Both the position numbers and the translations under genes were made by a program. A stretch of 64,000 bases of DNA from Sedimentisphaeraceae bacterium JB056 (GTDB lineage: Bacteria; Planctomycetota; Phycisphaerae; Sedimentisphaerales; Sedimentisphaeraceae), in assembly GCA_044440125.1 (NCBI GenBank), contig JBITAJ010000028.1, positions 234,230-298,229 of the forward strand, written 5' to 3'. Shown here in pieces: positions 9,753 to 19,602 of this stretch. Under the pieces are notes generated by a model that did no database searches, was not told the origin of the DNA, and saw only the letters and a program-made list of their open reading frames with translations. Position 1 is the stretch's first letter. The number at the start of each line of letters is the position of its first letter.

Positions 9753-11630
9753 TCAATTAATCGCAAAAGCAATTATTCTTGCTGAAGTTCCTTTGCTTTT
9801 CGGATTCTTATCAGACGACAGCTTCAATTTCAATTTATGATTGCCTGTTGCCAATTCCTTTTCCAGCATAACAGTTCGCGGGTAATGCAAACTCTCACTG
9901 AAATGGTGATACAAATCTGCGGTCTTTGTTTCGCTGTCATCAATTGAATATTCAACAATTCCCGCATCAGGACCTGCAACAACAAAAAGACCAATTGCAG
10001 TTGAATCAAAATCAAGTTCAAACCAATCCTCAGGCTGCTCAGCACAAAGCATATTTATCTTACTAAACCTCTCACGGCTTTGGCCTTCTATATTCTTCCA
10101 ATCAGGAATCTCGACTCTCCATCCCGAATCAATCGCCGCATTATCTACATCAAGAAGCAAACCATTGTAATATGAATACTCATCCATTAACTCAGGCATA
10201 GAATGCTCAGAACCGGCAACCCCGGCAGCAGTATAACAATTATTAAGCAGAGTTCTTATAGATTGTCCGTAAATCTCCGCGCCAAAATCCGCCGGATGCA
10301 CTCCACCGAATTTCTCCCAGTCAAATTCACTGGCCGCCATCCTTACCGCTACATCAGATGCAAAATTAACAGAACACAAATTATAATGCTCAGCAACTTT
10401 TTCATGTGCCGCAATTTCCACAGGCACTTTTGACTCCTGATAAGAAGCAATATGTGATTCATTGGCAGTATAAAGCAATACGACATCAGTAAAAGGATTC
10501 GCATTCAACGCATGCCTAACAATCCCCTCAATGCCTTTGATGCATTCATTCGGAGTATGTGCGGCATCTCCTTTATCATTGACAGCAAACTCAACAAACA
10601 ACAGATCGATCTTGCCCTTGCTCAGAACATCACGTTCAAGACGAAACGCACCGGTAGTAGAACAGGTCGAAGCTATACCTGCATTGATGAATTCAAAATC
10701 TGTTTCAGGGAACATTTTCTGCAAAGTCTTGCACGCCTTCGGGCGGTAGCCATCCATCTCAGTAATCGAACCGCCAAGAAAAGCAACCCTGCCCTTCTTA
10801 GTATCAGTAAATACAGAATAGCTGTTACCCAAATCACCGCGGGCAACGATATGATCATTCAAGCCGATAGTATTGGCAAGTATAAAGTCGACTATCACAG
10901 TCGGATCTTCCAGACTGTGAGGGTGATGATCAACTCCCGCCTTCGACACAACCCTTATCCTGCCGCCAAGCTCTTCATACCTCTCAGCCAGCACATTCGT
11001 ATTCTCTACCATCGGCACAGTCTGATCGACCTCTCCGCAAACATGCAGCAGCGGAATATCTGCCGCCGCTATAGGTTCAAGATTGCCTATCGGAGTATCA
11101 TTGAACTCTGCCGCACTCTTCTCATCAAGCCCGTAAATCGCAAGACACTTGACTTTATCCTCTTCGCTGCCCGGCCCACTCTTAAGCCCCAGCGGCCAGC
11201 TCTTGATATCACACACCGGAGCATCCGCATATATACACGAAACCTTATCGGGATTTTTTGCCGTCCAGTTGTAAACGATAAGTCCGCCGCGGCTGTAGCC
11301 TTCCATCGCAGGCTTTGTTGCAAATCCAAGCTTGCAGGTCATCAGCTCGTAGAACTTATCCCAGTGCGCGACCGCAACCGGCGAACCATACATATCCGAC
11401 ACATCAATATACGCAACCGCAAATCCCCTGCCAAGCAAGGCAATATCAGTCTGCGGCTCATGGCCGAAGAATCTCGCACGCCAAAGCCACGGCTTGCCGC
11501 TTGCATGCTCTTTAGGCATCACAATTATGCAATCGCGACCGTCAAAAACAAAGTCGTACCTGTCAAATCCATAAAAATCGGATTTCTCTTTCTTTATACC
11601 GTCAAATGATTCACTGGAGATATTTCCCAT
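9753..11630 (-). CDS. Alpha/beta-hydrolase plus SGNH/GDSL esterase fusion
   Basis: GYSRGG nucleophile elbow and HHPH; second domain FLGGSIT, EFAVND, GGVHP. Confidence 0.85.
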   Translation of the reverse strand: MGNISSESFDGIKKEKSDFYGFDRYDFVFDGRDCIIVMPKEHASGKPWLWRARFFGHEPQTDIALLGRGFAVAYIDVSDMYGSPVAVAHWDKFYELMTCKLGFATKPAMEGYSRGGLIVYNWTAKNPDKVSCIYADAPVCDIKSWPLGLKSGPGSEEDKVKCLAIYGLDEKSAAEFNDTPIGNLEPIAAADIPLLHVCGEVDQTVPMVENTNVLAERYEELGGRIRVVSKAGVDHHPHSLEDPTVIVDFILANTIGLNDHIVARGDLGNSYSVFTDTKKGRVAFLGGSITEMDGYRPKACKTLQKMFPETDFEFINAGIASTCSTTGAFRLERDVLSKGKIDLLFVEFAVNDKGDAAHTPNECIKGIEGIVRHALNANPFTDVVLLYTANESHIASYQESKVPVEIAAHEKVAEHYNLCSVNFASDVAVRMAASEFDWEKFGGVHPADFGAEIYGQSIRTLLNNCYTAAGVAGSEHSMPELMDEYSYYNGLLLDVDNAAIDSGWRVEIPDWKNIEGQSRERFSKINMLCAEQPEDWFELDFDSTAIGLFVVAGPDAGIVEYSIDDSETKTADLYHHFSESLHYPRTVMLEKELATGNHKLKLKLSSDKNPKSKGTSARIIAFAIN

Positions 11631-11669
11631 TTTCTACTCCTGTTTACAACCTAACCATATTCACACAAA

Positions 11670-11698
11670 TAAAAAAGGCTCCCGTTTTGGAAGCCTTT
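11670..11698 (-). terminator. serS terminator
   Basis: AAGGCTTCC...GGAGCCTTTTTT on the minus strand. Confidence 0.65.
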
Positions 11699-11725
11699 GA
11701 GTCTTTCAGTATTTCGCCAATTACT

Positions 11726-13000
11726 TTACTTTTTGACAATCTTTTCCTTGCCGCCCATATACGGCCTGAGTACCTCAGGTATAGTGATAGAACCATCGGC
11801 ATTCTGGTAAAGCTCCATAATCGGAATCAAAACACGCGGCGAAGCAATAACAGTATTGTTCAGCGTATGACAGAACACATTTCTCTTCGTGTCCTTTTCC
11901 TTATATCTGAGGTTCATACGCCTTGCCTGGAAGTCGTAGAAACGACTGGCCGAATGCGTCTCGCCGTAGCTCTCACGTGAAGGCATCCATGTCTCGATAT
12001 CATACTTCTTAGCCTGTCCCTTGCCAAGATCGCCGCTGCAGACATTTACAACCCTGTAAGGAAGCTTCAACGCCTGCAATACGCCCTCGGAATTGGCAAG
12101 TATCTCATCATGATACTTCTTGCTCTCTTCGATATCGTTCTTGCAGATGATAACCTGCTCAACCTTCTCGAACTGATGTATCCTGTAAAGTCCGTGAGTA
12201 TCTTTGCCCGCGGCTCCGGCCTCACGCCTGAAACAGTTACTCATCGCGCATATCTTCACCGGCAGATCATCTTCGCTCAAAATCTCATCGCTGTGATAAG
12301 CAGTCAGCGGCACCTCTGCGGTACCGACAAGGCTGAGCTGATCGCGTTCAAGCATATAGGTCTGCTCTTCGGCTCCGGGGAAGTAACCCGTGCCCCTCAT
12401 AGCCTCTTCACGCATCAGAAGCGGCACAGACATCGGAGTGTAGCCTCTCTGGTTCATAAAATCGATACTGAACCTGAGCACCGCCCAGTGAAGCATCGCA
12501 CCATCACCCTTGAGGAAGTAGTTTCTCGTACCCGCAAGCTTGACACCCCTCTCGATATCAAGCATATCAAGATCAATACCAAGCTGAACATGGTCCTTAG
12601 GCTCAAAATCAAACTCACGAATCTCGCCGACCTTGCGGAGCTCAACATTTTCCGTATCATCCTTGCCAAGCGGCACATCTTCGTCAGAAGGCTGCGGCAC
12701 AAAAAGCATAAGCTTGTCGAATTCAGGAGTAAGCTCCTTGAGCTCTGAATCAACCTTGCCCTCATCTTCTTTCAAAGATGCAAGTTTAGCAAGAGCATCT
12801 TTCTTCTCATCAGGAGAAAGCTTCGGTATCGTCTTGCCAACACTATTCTTTTCTGTAGCGATATCCTGCAATTTAGCCTTAAGGTCACGAATCGAAGCGT
12901 CAAGCTCGATCAATCGGGCAATATCCACATCAAAATGCTTGTCTATCGCCGCTTGTTGGTATTTTTCAGGATTTTCACGTATCAGTTTTATATCTATCAT
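11726..13000 (-). CDS. serS: Serine--tRNA ligase
   Basis: MIDIKLIREN start after GAGG RBS; GTAEVPL, CFRREAG, RIHQFEKVEQ, HTLNNT. Confidence 0.97.
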   Translation of the reverse strand: MIDIKLIRENPEKYQQAAIDKHFDVDIARLIELDASIRDLKAKLQDIATEKNSVGKTIPKLSPDEKKDALAKLASLKEDEGKVDSELKELTPEFDKLMLFVPQPSDEDVPLGKDDTENVELRKVGEIREFDFEPKDHVQLGIDLDMLDIERGVKLAGTRNYFLKGDGAMLHWAVLRFSIDFMNQRGYTPMSVPLLMREEAMRGTGYFPGAEEQTYMLERDQLSLVGTAEVPLTAYHSDEILSEDDLPVKICAMSNCFRREAGAAGKDTHGLYRIHQFEKVEQVIICKNDIEESKKYHDEILANSEGVLQALKLPYRVVNVCSGDLGKGQAKKYDIETWMPSRESYGETHSASRFYDFQARRMNLRYKEKDTKRNVFCHTLNNTVIASPRVLIPIMELYQNADGSITIPEVLRPYMGGKEKIVKK

Positions 13001-13135
13001 TATTGAACCTCGCCGATTCACGGCTTTTCAAATAGTTTCATATACACAAATTGCTACATTTTTACAACAAAAAGGCCATTATCGTAAAAAAAACACCATT
13101 GTCAATCAAAATCAAAACCCAAAAACAAAGCCGCA

Positions 13136-13470
13136 CCCATATCGCCCAAAAGTCTCATAAGTCGCACTCAATACATAAAAAATTCAGCCAAACAGCTGTA
13201 TTTGTCAGAAAATTAGCCTCGCAGAAGGATTCAAATTCCGATTCGTTTCGAACTTTCTTTGAGACAAGAAAGGGCGAAATAGTAGCTAATATCGCAATAT
13301 GCCTTATCTATCAGACAAAATATCTGCTTGGTAAGCAAATCGAGCAACTCGAAGCCGATTTCCTTAAGCACGGCGGAATAAGAGAGAGAATGACCGCCGC
13401 AAGAATCGCCGCACGCAACAAAAAAAAACATAACCACCGTCCCATATGTCCCAAAAGTCTTATCAGTCCC
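13136..13470 (+). repeat. 30-bp imperfect direct repeats built of 9-bp units, flanking a gene remnant
   Basis: CCCATATCGCCCAAAAGTCTCATAAGTCGC (13136-13165) vs CCCATATGTCCCAAAAGTCTTATCAGTCCC (13441-13470), 25/30 identical. Confidence 0.7.
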
Positions 13471-13494
13471 ATGAATATCACTATACGAGAATAA
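13180..13494 (+). pseudogene. Remnant C-terminal part of a four-helix-bundle suffix-domain protein
   Basis: IVANIAICLIYQTKYLLGKQIEQLEADFLKHGGIRERM aligns with LVANAVLSLLNLEIYLLNKQVNRLANDFETNGGFTERL of the 63040 gene; N-terminal bundle absent. Confidence 0.75.
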
Positions 13495-13695
13495 GAACGG
13501 TAGACAACCCTATTTAATTTCACTTATACGGTGTCAATGGAGTAATAAGAGATAATAACCGCCGCAAGTAACAAAAATAAAAGACAGTTAAAAAGCAATT
13601 AATAATATTAATACTGTTTATTTCAAATACTCTAAAGTCATAATATTTTAATCTACTTGTTTAGAGCAAAAATAACTTAAAATTAGACAATATAC

Positions 13696-15006
13696 TTAAA
13701 TACATTCTATCAATTTTCGTTGAATTAAACCCTCGTATTTCGATATTTTATGTATCTGACCTCTAACACTAGCACTATAATATCTTGAATAGATATCGGG
13801 GTATATATCCGCTATATTGATTGGTATATTTAATTGTTCTAAATCAGCCAAGGTAATATATTCTGCACCACTTCCCCTAAGAATTAAACCCTCAATTTGT
13901 TTAAATGAAAGAATAGTTCTTAACGCAAAAAATAACTGTTTTTTTCTATCCTCTGATTTAGGACGAACTATATACACACAATCAGTACAACCACCACCAT
14001 GAGTCCCTGTTAACATACCTAATGATTTTTGACAATTTCTACCAATTCTTTTAAGTAAAAAATCATTGGGTTGTACAACATAAGGACCTATATTCCCCTC
14101 TACGTTTTTAACTCGTTGATGATTCCATCTACCATTTCGATAATCAGTTGTATGAATTGCACTATTAACCCCATGAGGTGAGGATGCATTACCTCTATAT
14201 ACATCAGCAAGATCAGACAAAGGTATCCAGCCTGCATTGGAAGATCTTAACTGAAGATTATCAAACCATTGTTTTGCGGCATAAAATCGATAATCCAAAC
14301 GCATACCATCCTCTAAAGAACATGGACTCAAAACTATATTGTCGGGATTTTTTAATCTATGATTATGTAATTTGATTGGTTTTGTTTTTGTAGATTTCTC
14401 AAAAACAAACAAATAGACACGAGCCTCAACTTTCTTAAACGTAAATTTTGAAAGCTCATGCACATGAGATATTTTCCCAATATTTAATAGATATTGTCTT
14501 ACACATTCTGATGCTTTTCCTGAAATAACAGAGGCAGGAAGAATTGCTAAAATACGACCTTGCGGTCTTAGGAATTGGACAGCATTTACTATAAAAACAG
14601 ATTCAATTGGTAGTTTTTTTACTAACTCAGGAGATTTTGTTGTGGCTGGTATTTTCACCTCACGCCATTCTTTTCTTTGACCAGAAAATGGAGGATTCAT
14701 TACAATACAATCGAACAACTTATCATCTTCTACAACTATGTCATTGGACTCAATATCTAAAAAATCTTTATTTATTAAATTAAGAGAATCTCCTAAATGA
14801 GGGCTTAAAAAATCGTCAACAAATTCAAGGACTTTACCATCAATATCTACACAATAAACTATACCTTTATTATTTACCAATCTTCGCAAAAATGGTTTAA
14901 TAAGAATACCTGTTCCAACTGCAGGATCAAGTATTTTTTTTATACCTTTTGGCGCCCAACGAGCAAGAGCAAAAGCAACATCATCAGGGGTTTCATATCT
15001 CTTCAT
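13696..15006 (-). CDS. N6-type DNA methyltransferase with fused C-terminal target-recognition-like domain
   Basis: ILDPAVGTG (motif I), VMNPPF (motif IV); start MKRYETP at 15006 after GGAG; C-terminus resembles an HsdS-type TRD. Confidence 0.85.
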   Translation of the reverse strand: MKRYETPDDVAFALARWAPKGIKKILDPAVGTGILIKPFLRRLVNNKGIVYCVDIDGKVLEFVDDFLSPHLGDSLNLINKDFLDIESNDIVVEDDKLFDCIVMNPPFSGQRKEWREVKIPATTKSPELVKKLPIESVFIVNAVQFLRPQGRILAILPASVISGKASECVRQYLLNIGKISHVHELSKFTFKKVEARVYLFVFEKSTKTKPIKLHNHRLKNPDNIVLSPCSLEDGMRLDYRFYAAKQWFDNLQLRSSNAGWIPLSDLADVYRGNASSPHGVNSAIHTTDYRNGRWNHQRVKNVEGNIGPYVVQPNDFLLKRIGRNCQKSLGMLTGTHGGGCTDCVYIVRPKSEDRKKQLFFALRTILSFKQIEGLILRGSGAEYITLADLEQLNIPINIADIYPDIYSRYYSASVRGQIHKISKYEGLIQRKLIECI

Positions 15007-15919
15007 CAACAGCTCCAAAATCAATGTCGAAAAGATGCCATTTTGAAGTTTTAGAACTCCTTCCAGTCTTCTTTGACGGAAAATCATACACAAGTGCCAC
15101 ATCCTCATGCTCACATGCAAAAAGAGCTGCACCAATAGCATGAGGTTTGGTTCCAATAGGGCTAATCAAAAGTCTTTCTCTATTACTTGGGTCACACGAT
15201 TTATAAATCTTCTCTATAACATTATATGCAACTTTAGGGTTTTGTGCGCCACTATATAAAATATTCCTACCTGCATTCTTTTCTTGCAAGATAGAAACAC
15301 TATTTGCAAAAGAATTCATCTCCCAACCAGGATGGAAAGCCGGAACTCCGTAGACAAAAGAACACATTGATGGCTGAATTTCTAAGCTTTCAAACGCCTG
15401 ACGTAAGCGGTCACCCTCATAACCGAGCAAGAATAATGCTTTTGTAGATATGCCTTTCCTCAACATATATGTTGCGTACGGAATTCCCACAAAACCTTTT
15501 ATTTCGTCTGATAACTCAAAATCTCTCTTACTTAAAACATATCTTTTATGAGGATCTTTCGTGTAGTCTTGTGGCTCCATATATAATAAAGTGGTCTTTT
15601 TTCGCGACATACCTTTAATCGCACGGCATGCAAGAAAAATTTCCACAAACCCGAGAGTTGTGGTCTCTAATAATATAGAACCTTCTCCCAATCCCTCTAT
15701 TAACTCTTCAATATCCTCGGCACAGTATGTTTTATCATCGAAAAATATTCTCAATGAATTTGGGCAATATTCTAATTTGTGGGTATTGACACATTTATCT
15801 TCACAAAACTTTATAGCAGAGCGACCTCTGTCATCTACGCTAACCCCACTAATAGCATGATCCCATCCTGAAAAATGCAAGTCACCCTCATTTTCTCCAC
15901 ATTGCATTGAAATTTTCAT
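14993..15919 (-). CDS. Hypothetical protein, possibly tandem CARF-like Rossmann domains
   Basis: 308 aa; LLGYE and LISPIGTKPHAIGAALF resemble CARF motifs I/II; ATGA overlap with the ATPase stop. Confidence 0.55.
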   Translation of the reverse strand: MKISMQCGENEGDLHFSGWDHAISGVSVDDRGRSAIKFCEDKCVNTHKLEYCPNSLRIFFDDKTYCAEDIEELIEGLGEGSILLETTTLGFVEIFLACRAIKGMSRKKTTLLYMEPQDYTKDPHKRYVLSKRDFELSDEIKGFVGIPYATYMLRKGISTKALFLLGYEGDRLRQAFESLEIQPSMCSFVYGVPAFHPGWEMNSFANSVSILQEKNAGRNILYSGAQNPKVAYNVIEKIYKSCDPSNRERLLISPIGTKPHAIGAALFACEHEDVALVYDFPSKKTGRSSKTSKWHLFDIDFGAVDEEI

Positions 15920-17910
15920 GCCTCACCTTCCTCTAAAAGGTGAGAAAATAAAGTTGGATTAGCATCATCAAGTGAGACTTTCCATTTATTGGAATAACTC
16001 TTTAATAGACTCTTTTTTTCTTCATAATTCCCATTTATTAACACTCTAATCTCTTCAGTCTTTAATTCTATTTTTCTTTTTTTTCGGTATGTAATATTAA
16101 AATAAGGTGAATATATAGGGTTCAAAATATATTCATAATTCGTCTGTTGTATTGAGGGATCTTTAATTTTAGTTTCTTCCACCTTAAATAGAACAGACCA
16201 CTTGACCGCCTCTTTCAAAAGGTTAAAATCTTCTTCTGTCAATGATTCACCTTTAGATATAACAAAATGCGAACGCTCTGGTTCACTTTGTGCTAATATA
16301 CGATGTGATAGTGCAAATAACGAACCAAGACTTAAAGTGAATGAATGCAATTTATTTCCAAATCTTCCGAAGCTGCTAACCTCTTCTAAGAATATCGCAC
16401 TTGTTTGCCTCGCTGCAATAGCTTGGTTAGAAGCTGAAACGACTAACTGGTCAGTGCTATCCATTTCAATACTTTGAACTGATTTATGACATAACTCTAA
16501 GAAATGCCTTAGATTGCCTCGAGATAATGAACAAAAAGTTTCGAATCCAGAATAGAACTCACAAGTTACCGAATGGCTTTCATACAATGATAAAAGACAA
16601 CCAATAAAGTTGTTATGAATCCAATTAGTTCTACCTGTAAAATCATTATCTTTCCCCTCTTTAAGTTTATTAAATTCTTCGAGAATCTTTTGAGGTTTTA
16701 ATCGTGATCGATAAAGCAATGCTGAATTTATAATCGTTGCCTTTGGCAGTTTTTCATCATAAAAATCATTAATACCAAAACTCTCATTTCTGCTTTTCAA
16801 TGCTTTTTCTATTCGCTTCTTGATTTTTTTATTTAGTGTAGTGTCTTGAAAGACTTCCTTTGAAAGTTCTTCCTCAGTTTTCCCGGGAAATAGCTTATTT
16901 ATTTGATTAATTAGTCTTGTTTTGTACTTATTACACCTTCTCTTATTAAGACTTTCAGGATTCCGAAGATTCTTACAATCTATTGGAATTGACTCGTACC
17001 CAGCTTGCTCTAAATTCAAATAAAGAACTTCAGCTGCAAATATTGGGAATTGATGATCTATAAGATATTGGTCAATGTCGTGAACTCTATAATCTGCGAC
17101 ATCATTAATAGATTCATCTCCATCTGTCCTAGTCGTTTTAAAGCCATTTCTCTTCATTGCAATATTAAAAATCAAAGGTGATTCACTATGCTTTAAATAA
17201 GTATTAATAATCCTTTGCTGGTATTCATGTAAATTTTCATATTCATCTACATAAACGAAAAAATTGGTATTCTCTAACAGCTTTACCTGTCGTTGGATTT
17301 CTGAAACCAGAGCATGAAGGAATTTATCACCTGGTAAAAATGATGGCTCCTCCTTTCTACGAGCATTGGCAACCCACGAATCAAATTCCCATAATTCATT
17401 TTCTAAATTATCAATTAAACCCCTTATTCCCACATCAAAATTCTCACCAAATGGCAATAATCGCTTAAATGAAACATTTGCAATATCTTCACTGCTAATT
17501 AAGTCTGGCTGGTTTCCTTCTATATTCAGAATACTGTTAAGTATCTCAATGCCCAGCACTAAAGCAAGCAAATGCCTAAATGCCGATTCCCAAACATCAT
17601 CTTCATGTCCCCGCTCTATCATAAGCCTAGCAAATTGTGTATCTGCCCGCCAATATAGACCTATACGAGAAACTGCATTGCAATCAATTGACACTCTATC
17701 AGGAGAAAAGATGCTTTGGTGTGAAAGGTATCTTAAAAGCATGGTTTTCCCACATCCCCGACCACCAACTATAACACATGGTTTTCGTCCCTCTTTTAAG
17801 TCAAGTTTATCAAAGAATGGAGGCACAACGAAATGTTTCCAAACATCATACCCAAGCTCTTCGGTTCTATTTTTAGTAAATACAGTGCTAATATCTTTTG
17901 TTTCACTCAT
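15916..17910 (-). CDS. P-loop ATPase, ORC/CDC6-like, with extended C-terminus
   Basis: Walker A GGRGCGKT, Walker B VYVDEYE, GNLR sensor-like motif; start MSETK 1 nt after the upstream stop. Confidence 0.85.
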   Translation of the reverse strand: MSETKDISTVFTKNRTEELGYDVWKHFVVPPFFDKLDLKEGRKPCVIVGGRGCGKTMLLRYLSHQSIFSPDRVSIDCNAVSRIGLYWRADTQFARLMIERGHEDDVWESAFRHLLALVLGIEILNSILNIEGNQPDLISSEDIANVSFKRLLPFGENFDVGIRGLIDNLENELWEFDSWVANARRKEEPSFLPGDKFLHALVSEIQRQVKLLENTNFFVYVDEYENLHEYQQRIINTYLKHSESPLIFNIAMKRNGFKTTRTDGDESINDVADYRVHDIDQYLIDHQFPIFAAEVLYLNLEQAGYESIPIDCKNLRNPESLNKRRCNKYKTRLINQINKLFPGKTEEELSKEVFQDTTLNKKIKKRIEKALKSRNESFGINDFYDEKLPKATIINSALLYRSRLKPQKILEEFNKLKEGKDNDFTGRTNWIHNNFIGCLLSLYESHSVTCEFYSGFETFCSLSRGNLRHFLELCHKSVQSIEMDSTDQLVVSASNQAIAARQTSAIFLEEVSSFGRFGNKLHSFTLSLGSLFALSHRILAQSEPERSHFVISKGESLTEEDFNLLKEAVKWSVLFKVEETKIKDPSIQQTNYEYILNPIYSPYFNITYRKKRKIELKTEEIRVLINGNYEEKKSLLKSYSNKWKVSLDDANPTLFSHLLEEGEA

Positions 17911-17911
17911 T

Positions 17912-18874
17912 TTAGCGACTTTGTAATGGATGCCAGTTATGTGTTTTTTTCCAAAGTATGGGAAGACAATTATCAGGCATTGCACTTTGGAAAAAATATG
18001 TCAATCCCAATGAGCCATAGCCTCTACGATTATCTTTATTTGAAGCTAGATTATTTTTTTTTAATAAATCATAATAAAACTTTTTTGCTACCGCAACAGA
18101 GTTGCCTCCAAATTTTCCTGAATTTACAGCGTCTTCAGAGAAAAAATCATGCGATTCTTCAAGTATATCAGCCGCAATAATGTGTATTTGAGAATATTCT
18201 TCTTTAATCGCCTTAATACCTTCTGAATGCGCAACTAATGGTGCATAAACAACATAATCATTTCTTATTATAGAACTCAATTTATGCTCTTCTTTACAAT
18301 TTACTCTATTATATTCCGGTTCCATGATAAAATCTGTGCCAAATTGTACCCCAGTACCCATGAAATCATCTATAAAGATAAAGCAATTTACACCTTGGTC
18401 TTTCGCTAGATTAATATGACCGGGTTCTATAATCCAATTCTCAGATATTAATAAATCTTTTTTATACATTCTAGCTATAGGGGCCCCACTTTTTGTTGGC
18501 GACCCTGGGATTAGAACAGGTACAACCCTGATTTTGGGATCTACATCAGGATTCATCAAAGCCTCATACCAATTTTTATTAGAATTGTCTTGGGGAGGAT
18601 GAATTCTTGTCAAATCTACAAGATTTCTCTCCAGTATTTGTAACATCATTGACTTCATTTGCTTATCAGAACGATATATCAATGAATCTAAGACGCAAGC
18701 AGAAAAATATTTTTCCTCTTTTGTCTTAAAATTATTAAGCCAAATCTCTAAATCGACAATCTCAAGCCCATCCCAGATGCCAGTATTAATAAGAGCTTTG
18801 CTTCTTCCTACAATATTATCGACATATATATCGCTATCATTAGGGAGTATAAAATCTATTTTTTCATTTTCCAC
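17912..18874 (-). CDS. Phosphoribosyltransferase-like protein (conflict-system type)
   Basis: PRPP-binding loop IFIDDFMGTG; KSG motif; C-terminal GYG...PDNCLPILW. Confidence 0.8.
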   Translation of the reverse strand: MENEKIDFILPNDSDIYVDNIVGRSKALINTGIWDGLEIVDLEIWLNNFKTKEEKYFSACVLDSLIYRSDKQMKSMMLQILERNLVDLTRIHPPQDNSNKNWYEALMNPDVDPKIRVVPVLIPGSPTKSGAPIARMYKKDLLISENWIIEPGHINLAKDQGVNCFIFIDDFMGTGVQFGTDFIMEPEYNRVNCKEEHKLSSIIRNDYVVYAPLVAHSEGIKAIKEEYSQIHIIAADILEESHDFFSEDAVNSGKFGGNSVAVAKKFYYDLLKKNNLASNKDNRRGYGSLGLTYFFQSAMPDNCLPILWKKTHNWHPLQSR

Positions 18875-19292
18875 TGGTCAATATTACCTATATTTCTTAA
18901 TTCACTAATAATATCAGAATTATACGTCAACCTTCAATACTTTTCAAACCTATTAATGAACATTCAGTACAATATTCAGACAGTTAAAATCTCAACCGAA
19001 TTTTCACCTAAATGCTAATCATTAATTTATAACTAATTCTACTTCTGAAATTTTAATTTACAATAAATTTCTTTATATTTCAAATTAAGCCACAATTCTC
19101 ACCTATACATAAATACATCTAAATCCTATCAAAAAAGCTTCATTAACTTAATGTCCTTTATGGTAAAACAATGATTTTGTGAATTTCGTGTGATTCGTGG
19201 TTAAAAACCTTGTTTCTCACCTATAAACCCATAAAACAGCAAAATAATATCATAAAAGAACCCATTTTTTCCGGTCACGTGAGACTTTTTCC

Positions 19293-19392
19293 TTTTTTAC
19301 CCTGAAATTGATCAAAAATCGTTGAAAAGTGAGCAAAAAGCGCGCGTTTGGTCGCATTTGAGACCAGTTTTGGTCAAATTCAGGGCAAAAAA
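19293..19392. repeat. 25-bp imperfect inverted repeat enclosing 50 bp
   Basis: TTTTTTACCCTGAAATTGATCAAAA vs reverse complement of TTTTGGTCAAATTCAGGGCAAAAAA, 22/25. Confidence 0.65.
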
Positions 19393-19499
19393 AAGTTATA
19401 CTATCTTGCTATTGGAGACAAACCAAGTGTCCAAGTTGCTTGCATTTTCGCACAAAACCGCAACCATATTCCAGTAATTACCAAAAAAATAAATAAAAC

Positions 19500-19602
19500 T
19501 CATTTTCAATTTTCCATTGTCAATTATCAATTAATAAAACCTTTCTTTTCAACAACTTACTGCTAATTACTAATAGCTAATCGCTGATTGCTGATTGATG
19601 AC
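19500..19602. repeat. Two runs of degenerate 7-bp tandem repeats
   Basis: ttttcaa ttttcca ttgtcaa ttatcaa; ctaatta ctaatag ctaatcg ctgattg ctgattg. Confidence 0.55.

Noticed and set aside
10512..11609. 365-aa antisense ORF, and similar long antisense ORFs in cmoB, serS, groEL and galE
   Set aside because: Shadows of well-supported genes with no recognisable motifs.
15007..15156. N-terminal extension of the methyltransferase in the ORF track (likewise 17911-17985 for the ATPase)
   Set aside because: Overlaps the upstream gene; downstream ATGs at 15006 and 17910 give tight coupling.
13696..18874. Classical type I/IIG restriction-modification, BREX, DISARM or CBASS assignment
   Set aside because: No HsdR/helicase, PD-(D/E)xK or HNH nuclease, PglZ, or CD-NTase motifs seen.
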